Part shown: piece by piece, positions 1 to 13,270 of the stretch
Layout: every line of letters starts with the position of its first letter
Position numbering within the stretch: the stretch's first letter is position 1
Assembly: GCF_009914755.1 (NCBI RefSeq)
Contig: NC_060935.1
DNA from: the human T2T-CHM13v2.0 reference genome, Homo sapiens
Direction: 5' to 3' (one strand)
Length of the DNA stretch: 64,000 nt
Program-made: the position numbers and the translations under genes
The notes under the pieces: generated by a model
What the model saw: the letters and a program-made list of their open reading frames with translations, nothing else
Told to the model about the DNA's origin: nothing
Database searches by the model: none

Positions 1-226
1 AGTTAACAACTTAGCCATTCAATTATTAGACATTTTTTCTATTTATTATTTGTACTGACAGTAAGACCGACTCAATGATTATTTTTATGCCCACATAGTT
101 CTTCCTTATTTTTGAAAACATTTAGAGAGATATCATTTTGAAAGACCTTTCCCACCCCAGTTTTTATCTACCATATGATCTTGTTGCACTTCATAGTGTT
201 TATTTCATATGGCATTTGTGTTCTTG

Positions 227-252
227 GTGTGTGTGTGTGTATGTGTGTGCAT
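227..252. repeat. Short (TG)n microsatellite
   Basis: ggtgtgtgtgtgtgtatgtgtgtgc. Confidence 0.8.
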
Positions 253-284
253 GCACATCTGGATATATGTGCATGTGTATCGAC

Positions 285-435
285 TTTCTACCCTGACTAT
301 AACAATGCTTGCTTCTTGAGGGCAGAGATTTTGCCTGTCTTTTCACTATTATATCCTTAATCACTCTTAACAATGCCAGGTGTATGTTAGGTGTTTATAG
401 AGATAGTGAATTAATAAAATAATTGAATGAATAAG
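285..435 (+). mobile_element. L2 LINE 3' end fragment
   Basis: cttgagggcagagattttgcctgtcttttcact...aatgccagg...ttgaatgaataa resembles the L2 3' terminus. Confidence 0.65.
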
Positions 436-1290
436 TAAATGGGTAGTTTGGACAACTAATAGTTACTTCTTTAATGGTAATATTTGGAATTAGTATTAAT
501 AATTTTTATACATTAAAATGTATATAAAATTTTAAAGTATAATGTGTTATATTATTTCTAAAACCTTTTTAAAAATAATATATAGAAAAATAGAAAGGGA
601 ACATTTCTCATTGCCAACATTCAAAATAAATATAAAGTTTCCATGGATTTTATTTTATTTCTGTTCTTTTTTGTTCACACAAATTTACATAAAATTGTGA
701 GTTAATTAGCATATAATATACATACAAGCTAAATTTGTAAGCTTATTTCTCTTCATGTAGTGGATATATTCACAAAGAAATATTTCAAAGACTGTTCTTA
801 CATTAGGTATAAATAGTATTATGTACATCTTATTGAATTTATTTTTTTTTATGCTGCATTCAGGAAAACAAGCTGAAGGCATCTTGCTACCAACAAAGGA
901 AGGTTAAAACGCTAAACATGGAGAATGTTATTTATATGTATTTTAATTGTTGTAGAAAAATATAACCATATATCTGCAGGCTACACTAAAAGCTTTATGA
1001 AATGAAAAGGCTTTTAAATGCCTATTTCAAGGTTGACCGTGTCATGCTATTTCAACCAAAATATCTTTTTGTGTCCATGGTGCAATGCAAAGATGCCAAT
1101 AAAATTTTTTGCTCACAAAAACTCATGGGGAAATATAATAATATATGAGCTCTTAGAGATATATTCTAGCCTCTCTAATATTATCAACAAACAAAAATAT
1201 CTCTCGATGTCAATATTCCCTCTTTGCTGGAAAGTATTTTTAGAAGGGAAAGAAAAATTATTTTCAATAATTATTTAAAAAGCATAGTAT

Positions 1291-1830
1291 GATAGTCCCT
1301 TCTTATCCATGGTTTCACTTTCAGCAGTTTTAGTTACTCATGGTCAACTGTGATCTGAAAATATTAAATGGAAAATTCCAGAGACAAACAGTTCATGAGT
1401 TTTAAATTTCACACTATTTTGAAATCTCAGGTCATCTCACTCTGTCCTGCCCGGGGCCTGAATCATCCCTCTGTTCAACATCTTAATGCTGTAAATGCTT
1501 CCCACCCATTAGTCACTTAGAAGCCATCTTGGCGATCAGACTGACTGTTATAGTATCTGAGGGCTCGGGTTCAAGTAACTCATGTTTTTACTTAATAATG
1601 TCCCCAAAGCACAACAGTGGTAATACTAGCATATTGTTATAATTGTTCTATTTTGTTTTTACTACTGTTAATCTCTTACTATGCCTGATTTATAAATTAT
1701 ACTTGATCATAGGTATGTATATACAGAAAAGCAACATAGTTTATGTAGGGTGTGTGTGGTACTATCTGTTGTTTTAGGCATCCATTGGGGGTCTTGGAAT
1801 GTATCTCTCATGGACAAGGTGAAGGTAGTA
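1291..1830 (+). mobile_element. MER44B (Tigger7-derived TcMar DNA transposon), near full length
   Basis: Starts tagtcccttcttatccatggtttcactttc, contains aaaatattaaatggaaaattccaga and ends ggggtcttggaatgtatctctcatggacaagg; about 540 bp, matching the recalled MER44B consensus. Confidence 0.85.
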
Positions 1831-1835
1831 TAATT

Positions 1836-2058
1836 TAGCAGTGTAGAAAGGGCAGTTCTTGAAATCAGACAGACATTTAAACTCTGGCTTGAAAATCAGA
1901 GCAAGTTATTTATCTTTCCAGGCCCCAATTATCTCATTTCTAAAACAGAAAATAATGCCCCTTCGTTCATGAGTTGATCATGAGGATTAAATGAAAAATA
2001 TACATAAAGTGCATAGCAGACTACTTGGCACATGATAAGCACTCCATAACTGGTAATC
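1836..2058 (+). mobile_element. MIR SINE
   Basis: gcaagttattt...ctcatttctaaaa...tgaggattaaatgaa...ttggcacatgataagcactc (MIR core and tail). Confidence 0.8.
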
Positions 2059-2934
2059 CTAAACTGACAGTCAATGATGAAGTCTCTTCACGAGGTAACA
2101 GAGACAACCCTACATAGCGCAACTGATCCCCAGGTTATCAAAAGAAGCCAAGTCACTACATCAATATATTCATTTGGAAAGCTTCATATATTTGCAAGGC
2201 ACCAACATTTTTTGTATTAGGGATAATGTAATTGAAAATAACCACAAGAAGATAAAAAGATTCAAGCTAAACAAACTTAAAGTCAAAAATAGTCTTTTTA
2301 ATTCAAATAATTGAAATTTCAGAGGCAGTTGTAACTTTAAATACAGCTTGATGTGTATCTCAAAATCTTGCATCAAGAGGGAAAATGGTATGCCTTGCCC
2401 TATCCAAAAATCAGCAACTTAAGATTTTATTGATTCCTAATTGGCTTGGACTAGGGTCACACCCTTTCCTGACCCAATCACTGTGACATGTGGCATAGGA
2501 GAGTCTTACTGGATCATTGCACTTCACAAGACACATTTGGACCTTCGTGTACTGAGAGACAAATATTGGTAGTACCTTAAACCTACCATGCTTCCCCACC
2601 TCTGTCAAACTAGGGTGCAACTCTCAAGAGCAGAGTAAACAAGTATTTCAGTGGGAGACAATGGATTTCTACTCTAAGGGCCCAAATAAACCTAATGTAG
2701 ATAATACAGATTCTTTGTAAATTCATAATGAGATTCAGATCCATAATGGAAGACATTTCTGTTTTATTGAAAGTTCAATAATCTTTATTTGAATCCTCAT
2801 GTGAATTTCATCTTTAGCATTTAGCAAAGGCTGGCTAGCACTATGCTCCCAAAGTCAAACAATAATACTAAATTATTTCTTTCTATAATACTAACCATTG
2901 ACCTGCTTCTTTCCTCCTTTCCCACCTCTGTTCT

Positions 2935-3075
2935 TTCTTTCATTTCATCCTCCCTTCATTCTTTCTCTCAAACATGTATTGACCATCCCATATGCACATC
3001 TCTCACACAAATTGATAAAAAGACATTGCCTTCTTTCCCTGATGAAGTTTGTGTTCTTGTTGGAAAACCACTACA
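2935..3075 (-). mobile_element. L2 3' end fragment
   Basis: ttcattctttctctcaaacatgtattgacc reads as the antisense L2 terminus. Confidence 0.5.
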
Positions 3076-3159
3076 AACATGAGTATGAAGTATTATAGAG
3101 AAACAGTGCTGGTTAGAACCAGACAGACATAACTTTGGGCTGTGGTAATAATGCCATAA

Positions 3160-3360
3160 TGGAATTAAAACAGGGCGTGGAGGCAAAAGCCCTGAATCAT
3201 TTTCCTAGTTCTGCCTTTTAGCAATGTGTGAATTTTGGAAAGTCATATAAGCTCTCAGAGCCTCCAGCTTTTCATCCATATAGTAGAGATGATATCGCCT
3301 GCCTCAGAGAAATGTTGTGAGAATCAAATGAACAGCATGTGAAAGTGCTAACAGCACTCT
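3160..3360 (+). mobile_element. MIR SINE
   Basis: tgtgtgaattttggaaagtcatataagctctcagagcctc...gttgtgagaatcaaatga. Confidence 0.75.
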
Positions 3361-4247
3361 TGGACACGTAACTGCCATCACCATGTTTCTAAATAAAGTA
3401 TTTTGGGTTTTCATAAGAGGCAGAAACATTTCAAGCTAGAATCAGGGAATACTTCATGGGGTTGACTTTAAAATTAATAGAATTGGATAGCACTTATGGA
3501 AGGGAAAGACTTGTCTGGTTACAGAGAGAAAAGAAGCAAAACAATGGAAAAGAAAATCTGCCCTTAAGAAAATATAGATCTTCAGGATGTGCGGTTTTAC
3601 AACTCTCATCTCAGTCCCCTCATTACCTGTTGACCACTGATCTGCTCTGTCATGAGATTCTCATTTTCTACAATTCTCTGTAAAACTAATTATATAACAC
3701 TTTTGGTCTGATTTTTCTTAGCATAATTATTTTGAGATTCATCAGTGATGTAGCAATAGTCTTTTCATTTTTCTTGTTGAGTACTAGTCTATTGTACGAA
3801 TGTGCTACAGTTTGTTTACCTATTAACTTTTTGATAGACATTAGAGTTAGTCCTGCTTGTTTGGCTTCCAAATAGAAAAGTTATGAACATTCATATATAA
3901 TTATTTATAATAATATATATTTTCATTTCTCTTGAAAAAATACCAAGGAGTAAAATTGCTGGATCATAACAGTAGTCATGTATTTAACTTTTTAAGAAAT
4001 TATTCTCTAAAGATACTTTTTCAATTTATAATGCCTATTTATATTTATCAGTAATTTAAATTTTAGCCATTCTAAGAGGAATGTAGTACAAAATTACATT
4101 TTCTTAATGACTGCTCTTGGTAAACCCCCTTCATAGGCTAAAAAGCCATCTATTTTCGCTGGTGAAGTGTCTGTCCAAATATTTCATGCATTTTATATTG
4201 GGTTATTTGTTGTATTATTGTGTTTTGAGCTCCTTTATGTATTCTGA

Positions 4248-4566
<319 letters not shown>

Positions 4567-5582
4567 ACGATATAACTTCTTTATCAGGTATATGATTTCA
4601 AATTTTTTGCTCCCAGTCTTGTGGCTGATCATTTTATTCTCTTAATATCTTCTGAAGAGCTGAAGCCTTCAACCTTTATTAAGTGCAATTCTTCATATTG
4701 TCCTTTCATGGGTCATGCTTTTATCGTATCTGAGAAAACTTTGCCTAATCCAAGATCACAAAGGATTTCTTCTATGTTTTATTCCAGAAGTATAACAATT
4801 TTATGTTTCACATTTAGGTCTACACTTTCACTCACATGTTATTTGTAAATTTTGTATAAAGTATGGATTAAAGCATTTTTTAAAAAAATTGTTTCGCAAA
4901 TGGATAACCAATTGTTCAAAACATCAGTTGCTCAAATATATGTAAATCTATCAGTAGCTCATAAATGTGCAGATATATTCTGTCAATTGATTTATTTTTC
5001 TATTTTAATGCCAATACAAACTATCTTCATTACTGTCACTTTTTAATGGGTCTTGAAATTTGGTAGTATTAGTTTTCTGACTTTATTCCTTTTCAAATTA
5101 GACATTCAAATTATAGGTCCTCTGAATTTCCATATTAAATTTAGACAAAGTTTTAAATTCCTACTAAAAATTCTAATGAAATTTTAAATAGCATTGCATT
5201 ATATTTTTGGAGCCATTAGTGGTATTAACGTAAAAAAATTTAGTCTTCCAACACATGAACACTGGGTCTTTCCATTTAAAGCCTGTTTTAATTTCTCTCA
5301 GTAGTATCTTGTAGTTTTCAGTGTACAGGTATTTCAGATCTTTCATCAGATTTCTAAGATTTTCATCTTTGATGCATAAGAAAGCAATTGATTATTTGTG
5401 TATGTATCATGTATTCTGACACTTTTAAATTTACTTAGTTTCTGAAGTTTATTTTTGTAGATTCCATTGGATTTGCTCTACAGACAATTCTGTTGCCTAT
5501 AAATAAAAAATAATTTTACTTATTCTTTCAGCTGGATTTCAAAATTTTTTTTCTTGCCATATTACACTGACTGAAACCTTTA

Positions 5583-5852
5583 GTTCTCACTCACAGATGG
5601 GAATTGAACAATGAGAACACATGGACACAGGAAGGGGAACATCACACTCTGGGGACTGTTGTGGGGTGGGGGGAGGGGGGAGAGAGAGCATTAGGAGATA
5701 TACCTAATGCTAAATGACGAGTTACTGGGTGCAGCACACCAGCATGGCACATGTATACATATGTAACTAACCTGCACATTGTGCACATGTACCCTAAAAC
5801 TTAAAGTATAATAATTATAAAAAAAAAAAAAAAATAAATAAATAAATAAAAA
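5583..5852 (+). mobile_element. L1PA3-like 5'-truncated 3'UTR fragment with poly(A) tail
   Basis: ttaggagatatacctaatgctaaatgacgag...cagcatggc...cctaaaacttaaagtataataa followed by an A-rich tail. Confidence 0.93.
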
Positions 5853-6575
5853 GAAATAGAAATGCTGAGAACAAACACCCTTCTCTTGCTCATGATTTCA
5901 GGAGGAAAGCATTATGTCTCTCTGGAAGATAAATTTGGTGCCTGATTCTCCACCTTAGCCAGAAGCCAAAAACTAGGTAGACTTCCTTATACATGACTAT
6001 TCATCAGCATCCAGCACAGTACTCTATCTCTTAACAAGCACACAAAGTATGCTTCATATCTTTAAAATTAATACATAAAAATCACTCTATGAGTTGTAAA
6101 ATGGATGAACTTGACATGTTAGCAATAGGTTGGAGATTTTTAAAAAAATCATAGCATATCAAACAAGCAAGACTTATTCTTATGGAGCAACACTAGAACT
6201 GGAGAAAATGGAGCAAATGTAAAAGATGTTGCATGAAAAAACATCTTCATAATGTACTGCCTGGGTTGACCTTCTGAAGAGTAACAGGAGAGGAGACCAC
6301 GGGGCCAAGTTTTGTACCATGCCCTAAAAGAAGTGACCCAAGAAGTCAAACCTTGCTTTTAGAAAAATTAATTAGTTAATAAATAAAAAGCATGTGAAAC
6401 CTCCAGAAAGGGAAAGAAAATTTGGTGTCTGGAAAATGGCAAGTCCTACAACACTAGTACAAAGGGTAAGAGAGCAGATGCAGGAGACAGGGAGAAGAAG
6501 TGGGAAAGACAGATTGGCCCAGACAGTAAAAATCATAGCTAGCAATGCAGTGGCATTTGAAGCATATCCTGTAGG

Positions 6576-6730
6576 CCAGTGGTTCTCAACCCTATCTGTA
6601 CATCAAAATCACCGTTGGAGATTTAAAAAAAAATGTGCATGCCTAAATCTGACTCTGAGAGTTATTCGTGTAGTAGTTCTGGTTCTAATGTTTTAAAATC
6701 TTAATAGGTGGGCTTGAATGCAGCCAGATT
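6576..6730. mobile_element. MER5A-type hAT-Charlie MITE
   Basis: cagtggttctcaaccct...catcaaaatcacc...gagatttaaaaa...tgcagccag. Confidence 0.7.
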
Positions 6731-6929
6731 TTTATGTCAGAAAAGTACAAAATTGCTACAAAAATAAAACAACAAATATGTGTTTAAATACTTACATTGT
6801 GTACCTTTTCTAGCTTCTCATGGAGTTATAGAGTTTGAATAAAAACTTTGAAACTTACTCAGTGCAAGAATGTTCTCTAAAGTATTCCCAATAGCTATTT
6901 ATTCAAAAATTTATTGAACTGGTATATTC

Positions 6930-7402
6930 TGGGTATAGTACTGGTCATTTGTTTCACATTATATGATATCAGATAATTATAGTTCTTTGGATGGTGGGAC
7001 ACAAAGACTTGAAGAGACAAAAGACAGAACTCTTTCTTACTGCCATCTCCAAATGAGATAAGGCTACTGTGCAAGACCACATGTCCAGTTACACGCCAGT
7101 ACAGCGTAATAGCAAGCTGGGATTTTAGGACATGGCTTATATATGGCAGATAAGGTGGGATTAGCTAGTCTTCATGAACTTCATGAGGACTGAGCATTTT
7201 TAACAACCTTCCCACCAAAGACAGAAGAAGCCTTCCTTGGTGTTTAGTATCTGGGGACCTCTGGCATAGGCATATGTGTATTATAACCCAGGAGTATGAC
7301 AGCATCTTAAGGGAGATAGTTGGGGTGGAGGCTTAGCAAACTGCCCCCAAAGGGTAATTGAGGGTTTTCAGCCAAGACTTCAAAACTGGGTCAAGAGAGC
7401 AC
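6930..7402 (-). mobile_element. ERVL LTR of the MER54/MER73/MER74/MER88 group
   Basis: Reverse strand begins tgctctcttgacccagttttgaagtcttggctg, typical of this group; subfamily not resolved. Confidence 0.6.
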
Positions 7403-7485
7403 TTGTGAAATATTATATTACACCACTTAAAATACATCTTCAGTAATCCTTACATTAAGCATAAGATGTTACAATTGTTATATCC

Positions 7486-8010
7486 TGTAGTTGATTTTGG
7501 GTGTTCAATAATTATATCTTTCCATATTGGAGATTTCCCCATGGTATGAATCGCAGGGAGAAGTAAGCCTGCCTCCTTCTACAGAAAGAAGAAGGCCAAG
7601 TACTTTTCTCCACTTTCTGGCAGCACAGACATGGGCATGTAGCTGAGGTTCAAACAATCAGACCCTCTGGCCTAGGAATTTGAATCTGGCCAGAGTGACA
7701 CAAGTAAGTCTAATAAGTAATTATTTTCACTAGTAACTGCTACATCAGTTTCCAGAGTATGAGGATCAACAGCAGTGGTAGACCAGCTATGGCAATGAAT
7801 GTCCAGCCAGCGTCAGCACCAGATGATTACTATGGCATGATTCTGACTATGGTTCTAGTGCCTATTCAACCTTGGCTTTTATCTGCTCTGTTCTTTTTTA
7901 GGTTACTGTTAATTCTGCGAATTATGCAATATCTTCCATAAATTCATTTTCTTCTAGAATCAACCAAACTTCATTTCTATTGCTTGCAATAAAGAAATTT
8001 GACAGATAAA
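7486..8010 (+). mobile_element. LTR33 (ERVL) solo LTR
   Basis: Starts tgtagttgattttggg; contains gaatttgaatctgg...gtgacacaa; ends ttgcttgcaataaagaaatttgacagataaa. Confidence 0.75.
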
Positions 8011-8029
8011 CCTCCATTAAATATATTTA

Positions 8030-8140
8030 AAAAATTAAAGATCAGTGAATTTAATTCACTTGCCCAGGCTATACTGTCAGTAGCTAGTTGATAGAACTGT
8101 GATTTGATCCCAGAAGAATCTATTTCAATGACTGTCTCTT
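8030..8140 (-). mobile_element. MIR fragment
   Basis: cacttgcccaggctatac...agctagttgatagaactgtgatttgatcccag. Confidence 0.6.
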
Positions 8141-8639
8141 TCTGATATATCTTGCTGTTCGGCATGACTAAACTGTATTGAGAGACTGAGAAGTCACTAT
8201 GACCAAATTAACCTACTTTCTTGGGAGATCCTTTTGTAAACTGAAGAGAAATATGTCTTTCTGAAATTTCTCATAGTCCATACTTCAGCTACATGATGTT
8301 CCAAGGAATAACTAACTAATTTCCTGCATATGATGGCCTATCAAATATCTAAAGCCACATCTTATATAAATTTTTTTTGTGTAATTCACATATGTTAAGA
8401 AAAGGTTAATTAAATATTTACTATTTTGGAGATCCGTACTATGTATGTCATCACAGAGTTTTAAAAATGTACTTAAATTACCTATGTAAATGTTTAATCT
8501 AAAAAGTGTTGTGCTGTGCTTAGGAGAGAAAATAAAAAATAAGTTCTATCAGCTGATATGGAAAAGCTTCATAGGAAATACTACAACTTTATATACACTT
8601 TAGCAGAGATTATGTATGTGTGTACTATATCATTTCTTC

Positions 8640-8980
8640 TTTAGGACAAGCAGAAATGCTTCATTTCTCAGTCTCTTTTATAGTTACCTTCTAAATATGT
8701 GACTGAGATCTGGCCAATAAAATATGAGAAGAATATTATAATCTACATTTTAGCCTGGTTCTTAAAAACATCACATGGCTTTCTCCAACCCACTTCCTCT
8801 ATAACTTCCACAAATAGTATCACAAGGTTGAAGGAACTAGAAACACTCAATAACTGGCAGAGAGCCTCAACTTACAACCACCCAATTTTGCATGAGAAAG
8901 AAATAAATCTTTTTACATCTTAGCTATTGAGATTTAAGAGTTCGTGACTGCAACAGAGCCTATCCTATCCTGACTAATAA
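8640..8980 (+). mobile_element. MLT1-family (MaLR) LTR
   Basis: tgtgactgagatctggccaataaaatatgag...gaaataaatc...cctatcctatcctgactaata. Confidence 0.7.
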
Positions 8981-9264
8981 GGACAAACTAAGAAAACTGA
9001 GTTTAATTTTCTCTTTGCTAGTATCATTTAAATGTGGGCATTTTGTGGATGTTAGAGAAACTAAAATGAACAGGATAAATTTTCTTAACTACTAATAGCT
9101 CAAAGAGACTGATATTGTCAGAATAATTAAGCTGTTAGATTCCAGATTTAATATGTAAAGATTCCAAAAGCATAAAACTTGAACTTTAATTTTAAGGTTT
9201 TAAGAAAGAAACTGAAGTTGTTAGAGAAATCCAGTGAGCCACTCAATATAAGTAATGTTGCTAG

Positions 9265-9390
9265 TATTTATATTTGTAGATGAGCATTCTAGAGTTCAGA
9301 GATGTTAAACAACATGCTCAAGGTTACTTGGCCCATAAATGGAAGATATTACTTTGAATTCAGTTCTGTCTGACTGTAAATAATGCTTCA
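9265..9390 (-). mobile_element. MIR fragment
   Basis: gttcagagatgttaaacaacatgctcaaggttac...tgtctgactgtaa. Confidence 0.6.
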
Positions 9391-10529
9391 AGGCACTGTA
9401 GTCTAGTGGATATAATTATCTCCTAAAGACAGAATTAAAAGTAGAAAGATGCAATATTTTCTATAAAAATGCACAACTAAGCACCTATTTACCCCAAGCT
9501 CCTTTAGCTATAAAATTGGCTTGTTCTCTCTGCTGAGATGTTGACATAGGGGAAATTCCTGGGTATAAGAGAACACACTACAAAGTTACAGCTACTTCAT
9601 TTTTCTGAAATAAAATGAATATAACTTTAAAAACTTGTACTAAATTAATTATCTTGGCAAAATCCCCTTTATTCTATATATTTACATTCTCACCTTATTC
9701 ATGCACGTGTGTACATTCTATAATAGAATAACGAAAACTATTCTTTTACTTTTCAATTTTCCCTAGTCTGTATTTATAGGATTTTTAAAACAAATGGTGG
9801 TGTTATATCTTGTATCTATTTATGTATCTACCATTGATATTTTCATCAATTTTCTATATGTTGAAACATTTAGTGTTTTAAGATTATTTTTAAGAATGAA
9901 GAGAGGCTTCAATGTATCATGGTTGTTATAAGTTTCTCAACAAAATAATTCAGCTATTATCAGTCTTGAAGGTTAATTTTTTTAGACAATAGCCTTTATT
10001 TTATTTCAGTGTGCAATTGTGATGGTGTGGTGAGGCTGGAAACACTGCTATTTGTTATTGTGATAAATCTGAAGATAAGGCTTTCAGGAAAAGTGATAGC
10101 TCACGGACAATCTAGAAAAATGTTGCTTTAAAGCAAATTCCTCTTCATGTTGCAATGTTTTGTTTCTTTTGGATTCTTTCTTTACAAGCAATGATCTTTG
10201 CATATTATCTATCATATCGAATATGCAGCTTATCCTTCTCCAGAAGTCAAAGTGACATCTATAACATTCAAAATTATTATTTCAATAAATAAAAAAAAAA
10301 CTGCAGGTAGAAATATTAGCTATAGATCTATTTTGGGCCACACTTTAATTTTAATCATTATTGGATCTAGGATTAAGCCTTGTGATCTAGACCTTGCTCT
10401 GTAATTGTACAGATATGCAATTCTAGATATATCTTTAAGCATTGTCTACATTTTCTTTTAAATATATACTTGTCTATGGCCATAGAAGCATATTATATAA
10501 TAAATAATACATTTTTTACTATACATTTA

Positions 10530-10761
10530 CCATAAAATGTATATATAGTCTATTTGTGTGCATATATTTATACTTTTATAATGTATATGGAAAATCTAAT
10601 GCTTATTTTTATGCATATATATTTATGTATATATGTGAACACATATATACACAGATTCATATATATATGTAAACACATGTATTCATATATATATCTGTAT
10701 TCATATATATATATCTGTATTCATATATATATATCTGTATTCATATATATATATATCTGTA

Positions 10762-10800
<39 letters not shown>

Positions 10801-10806
10801 ATATAT
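10530..10806. repeat. (TA)n-rich region with a compound tandem repeat (TGTATTCA(TA)nTC) and a pure (TA)n run
   Basis: Directly visible at 10678-10798. Confidence 0.9.
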
Positions 10807-11334
10807 CTTTTGGTTGAATGCCGTGCTATGGCCAAAATAGTGCAAAGATTATATACTACATATAAGGCTTCTTAAAAAATTAGAGTCCTTTGGAAATTCA
10901 AATGCTCATAGGCTTGAGTGTAAAATACTAGAAATAACAGAATATTTTGTTTATCAAGATAGCTAATGAAATTTTAAACAAAGATCCTATTTCCATAGCA
11001 ATGCTCTTGATGATAGAGATCTGAAAAGGGTAGGAAAATCACAACAATAACAAGAAACAGCAACATGGATAAGCAAATCTCATTTAACATAAAGGCAAGA
11101 TTGAACAGAGAGAAACATTGTACTGAAAGACCCACAAAAGAACTGATTTCAAATTGTTCTAATGTAAATTTCTGTGATTCTGTCAGCAGAAATTATGATA
11201 ATGTGTGACAGAACTACATTTGAGGTGTCAGTGGATATTTTTTCATTTTGGTGTCTGTCTCTGGCCTCTGCAATTGGAAAAGGTACAGCTAGACAAAAGG
11301 AACAAGTAAAGCCCCCTTATAAATTTGAAGATTC

Positions 11335-11650
11335 TTTAGCTTTCCACCATTTAAGTATTAAGTTCACGCTTCTTATCATAGCCTATAGATCATTCAAATG
11401 CAAATTCTTCATCTCATGTCCTGCTCTTCCCTCATATGGAGGCCCATCTGCAGCCACTCTAAATATGCAATGTACAAAACACATTGTGCTGCCTCAGGTC
11501 TCAGTGCCTTTCTTTGTATATGCAGTTTCCAAGACTTAGAAAAATGTCCCTACAAAGCCTCCACACTGCAGCTTAGACCCAGTGCAAAAGCCACGTCTAT
11601 GCTTTGTGAGGACATTCTCCTCGTTTCCCTAATTTCCTCTTCCCCCTTTT
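11335..11650 (+). mobile_element. L2 fragment
   Basis: ttcttatcatagcctatag...tctgcagccactct...ctcagtgcctt...agacccagtgcaaaagccac. Confidence 0.55.
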
Positions 11651-12189
11651 AAATTCGTATTTCCAAGGAGAAAGCAGAGTACTGTTTGGGAACCCAAAGC
11701 TATATATTTAAATTATGGATTTACTACTTATTGCAACAGAGAATGTAATCAAATTATTTCGTCAGAATTTCAGTTTACCTGCAAATAATGTAGAGCATGA
11801 TGCAATGTAAATTATAGAGTTTTTTGGGTCTTAATGAAATATACAGATAAAATTTTTCATAAAGAGACTAATGCACAACAGATACTCAAGAAATAATGGT
11901 GCTCTTCCTTCACCCACTTCCCCCAACCTGTGAGCTTGCTACAATAGCAAGTAACTCCTCCTGCTTCTGTATGTACATACTGACTACCTGAATTGATAGG
12001 AGGCCTAATGAGGTGCTTATTATTAATAAGGAAGACTTATTTATCTTCCTACTCTAAATCTGGCAAAATACTGTATGTCTCCAATGTTTTTATTAAATAT
12101 ATCAAATAAGCTAATGTTTTATTAACTATATAAAGTAAACTAGCCTTTTCCCCCAGGTTTTCTTTTGCTTTTTGCCCAAATGAATTCAT

Positions 12190-12620
12190 ATACTCAACAT
12201 AAAATTTAAAAAACCCACAGATATAATTTCAAACCATGCTTTTACTTTAACATATTTCACTGTCCTTTTTGTTTCATGATCCTCTTAATTATTGCTGTGA
12301 TGAGTGCTTATTATTTCATCAAGCTGATGTGTCATACTTTCACAACTTCTCAAATATTGTTGAGTGTTCAGCCTATTTCTTATTTTTCATTATTAAATGA
12401 CACTGTAATGAGCATCTTCATGCATACCATACTGTTTTTTGAAAAATATTATTCATAAGATGAATAATATTCATATTCATTATCAAGATGCATTGATGAG
12501 TCAAAGAAAGTGTGAACATCCTTCTGACTGTTGAAATAACTTTCCAAATTGTTTTCAATAAGATTTGCACAGTTCATTCTGTCACCAGTGAGGTGTGTGT
12601 ATGCCAGTTTGCCATTTTTA
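12190..12620 (-). mobile_element. Old L1ME-type fragment
   Basis: cactgtaatgagcatcttcatgcata...ttccaaattgttttcaa...caccagtgaggtgtgt. Confidence 0.55.
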
Positions 12621-12949
12621 CCAAAATCTAGTAAATTTCCATTAGATCTTGCAGTAAGTAGACACCTACTGTTGCCCCCATCCTTCTATGGGGGCTACTC
12701 CTACCACTACTCCAAATATGTGACTCTAATTGGAAGTCATTTGCTTACTTTAACCCTGTCTTCTTAGGCAGAGTTAATTGCTCTAAGTATCAGCAACTGG
12801 GCCAATATTCCTCACTGAGCATTTTTCAAATTGATAATGAGATAGGGACTCAATTTCTTTCTTAAGCTATGAAATAAATGTTGTAAAGCTGGAACTCTTA
12901 TGTTTCTCTCCCAGATGCTTAAAACTTAACAAATTTGGCTCTTTTTTTT

Positions 12950-13270
12950 TTCTTTCAATATCAAGTCAAATGCCACCTCCTCAGAGAGGACTTCTGTATG
13001 TACCCTATCTAAAGATGTCCCCCTGTTCTATCATTTTCAACTTATTCTCTGTCCTAGTAGTGTATTTTTATAGAACATAACAAAAATTACTTATTGCTAA
13101 ACCATTTATTTTTTCTCTCCTTATCTCCATATTCCCCATGCTCTTCTGTAATAGATAGAAGAGGAGCTTCAGGAAAGCAGGTGACTTGTTCACTGCTTCA
13201 TCCTTAGCACCTGGAAAAGTATCTTGTGCACAGTAGGGTGTCAATAACTATTTGTTGAATAAATGTGTGA
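12950..13270 (+). mobile_element. L2 3' end
   Basis: caaatgccacctcctcagagagg...cttgttcactgc...cacagtagggtgtcaataactatttgttgaataaatg. Confidence 0.85.

Noticed and set aside
7812-7828. REST/NRSF site (TCAGCACC)
   Set aside because: Only the left half-site is present; the GGACAG half is absent, and it lies within an LTR33.
10678-10800. CRISPR-like array (also considered at 40516-40605 and 62475-62635)
   Set aside because: There are no unique spacers or cas genes. These are eukaryotic tandem repeats, and the last is intrinsic to MER11.
10554-10817. 87-aa Tyr/Ile-rich ORF
   Set aside because: It is a translation of the (TA)n repeat.
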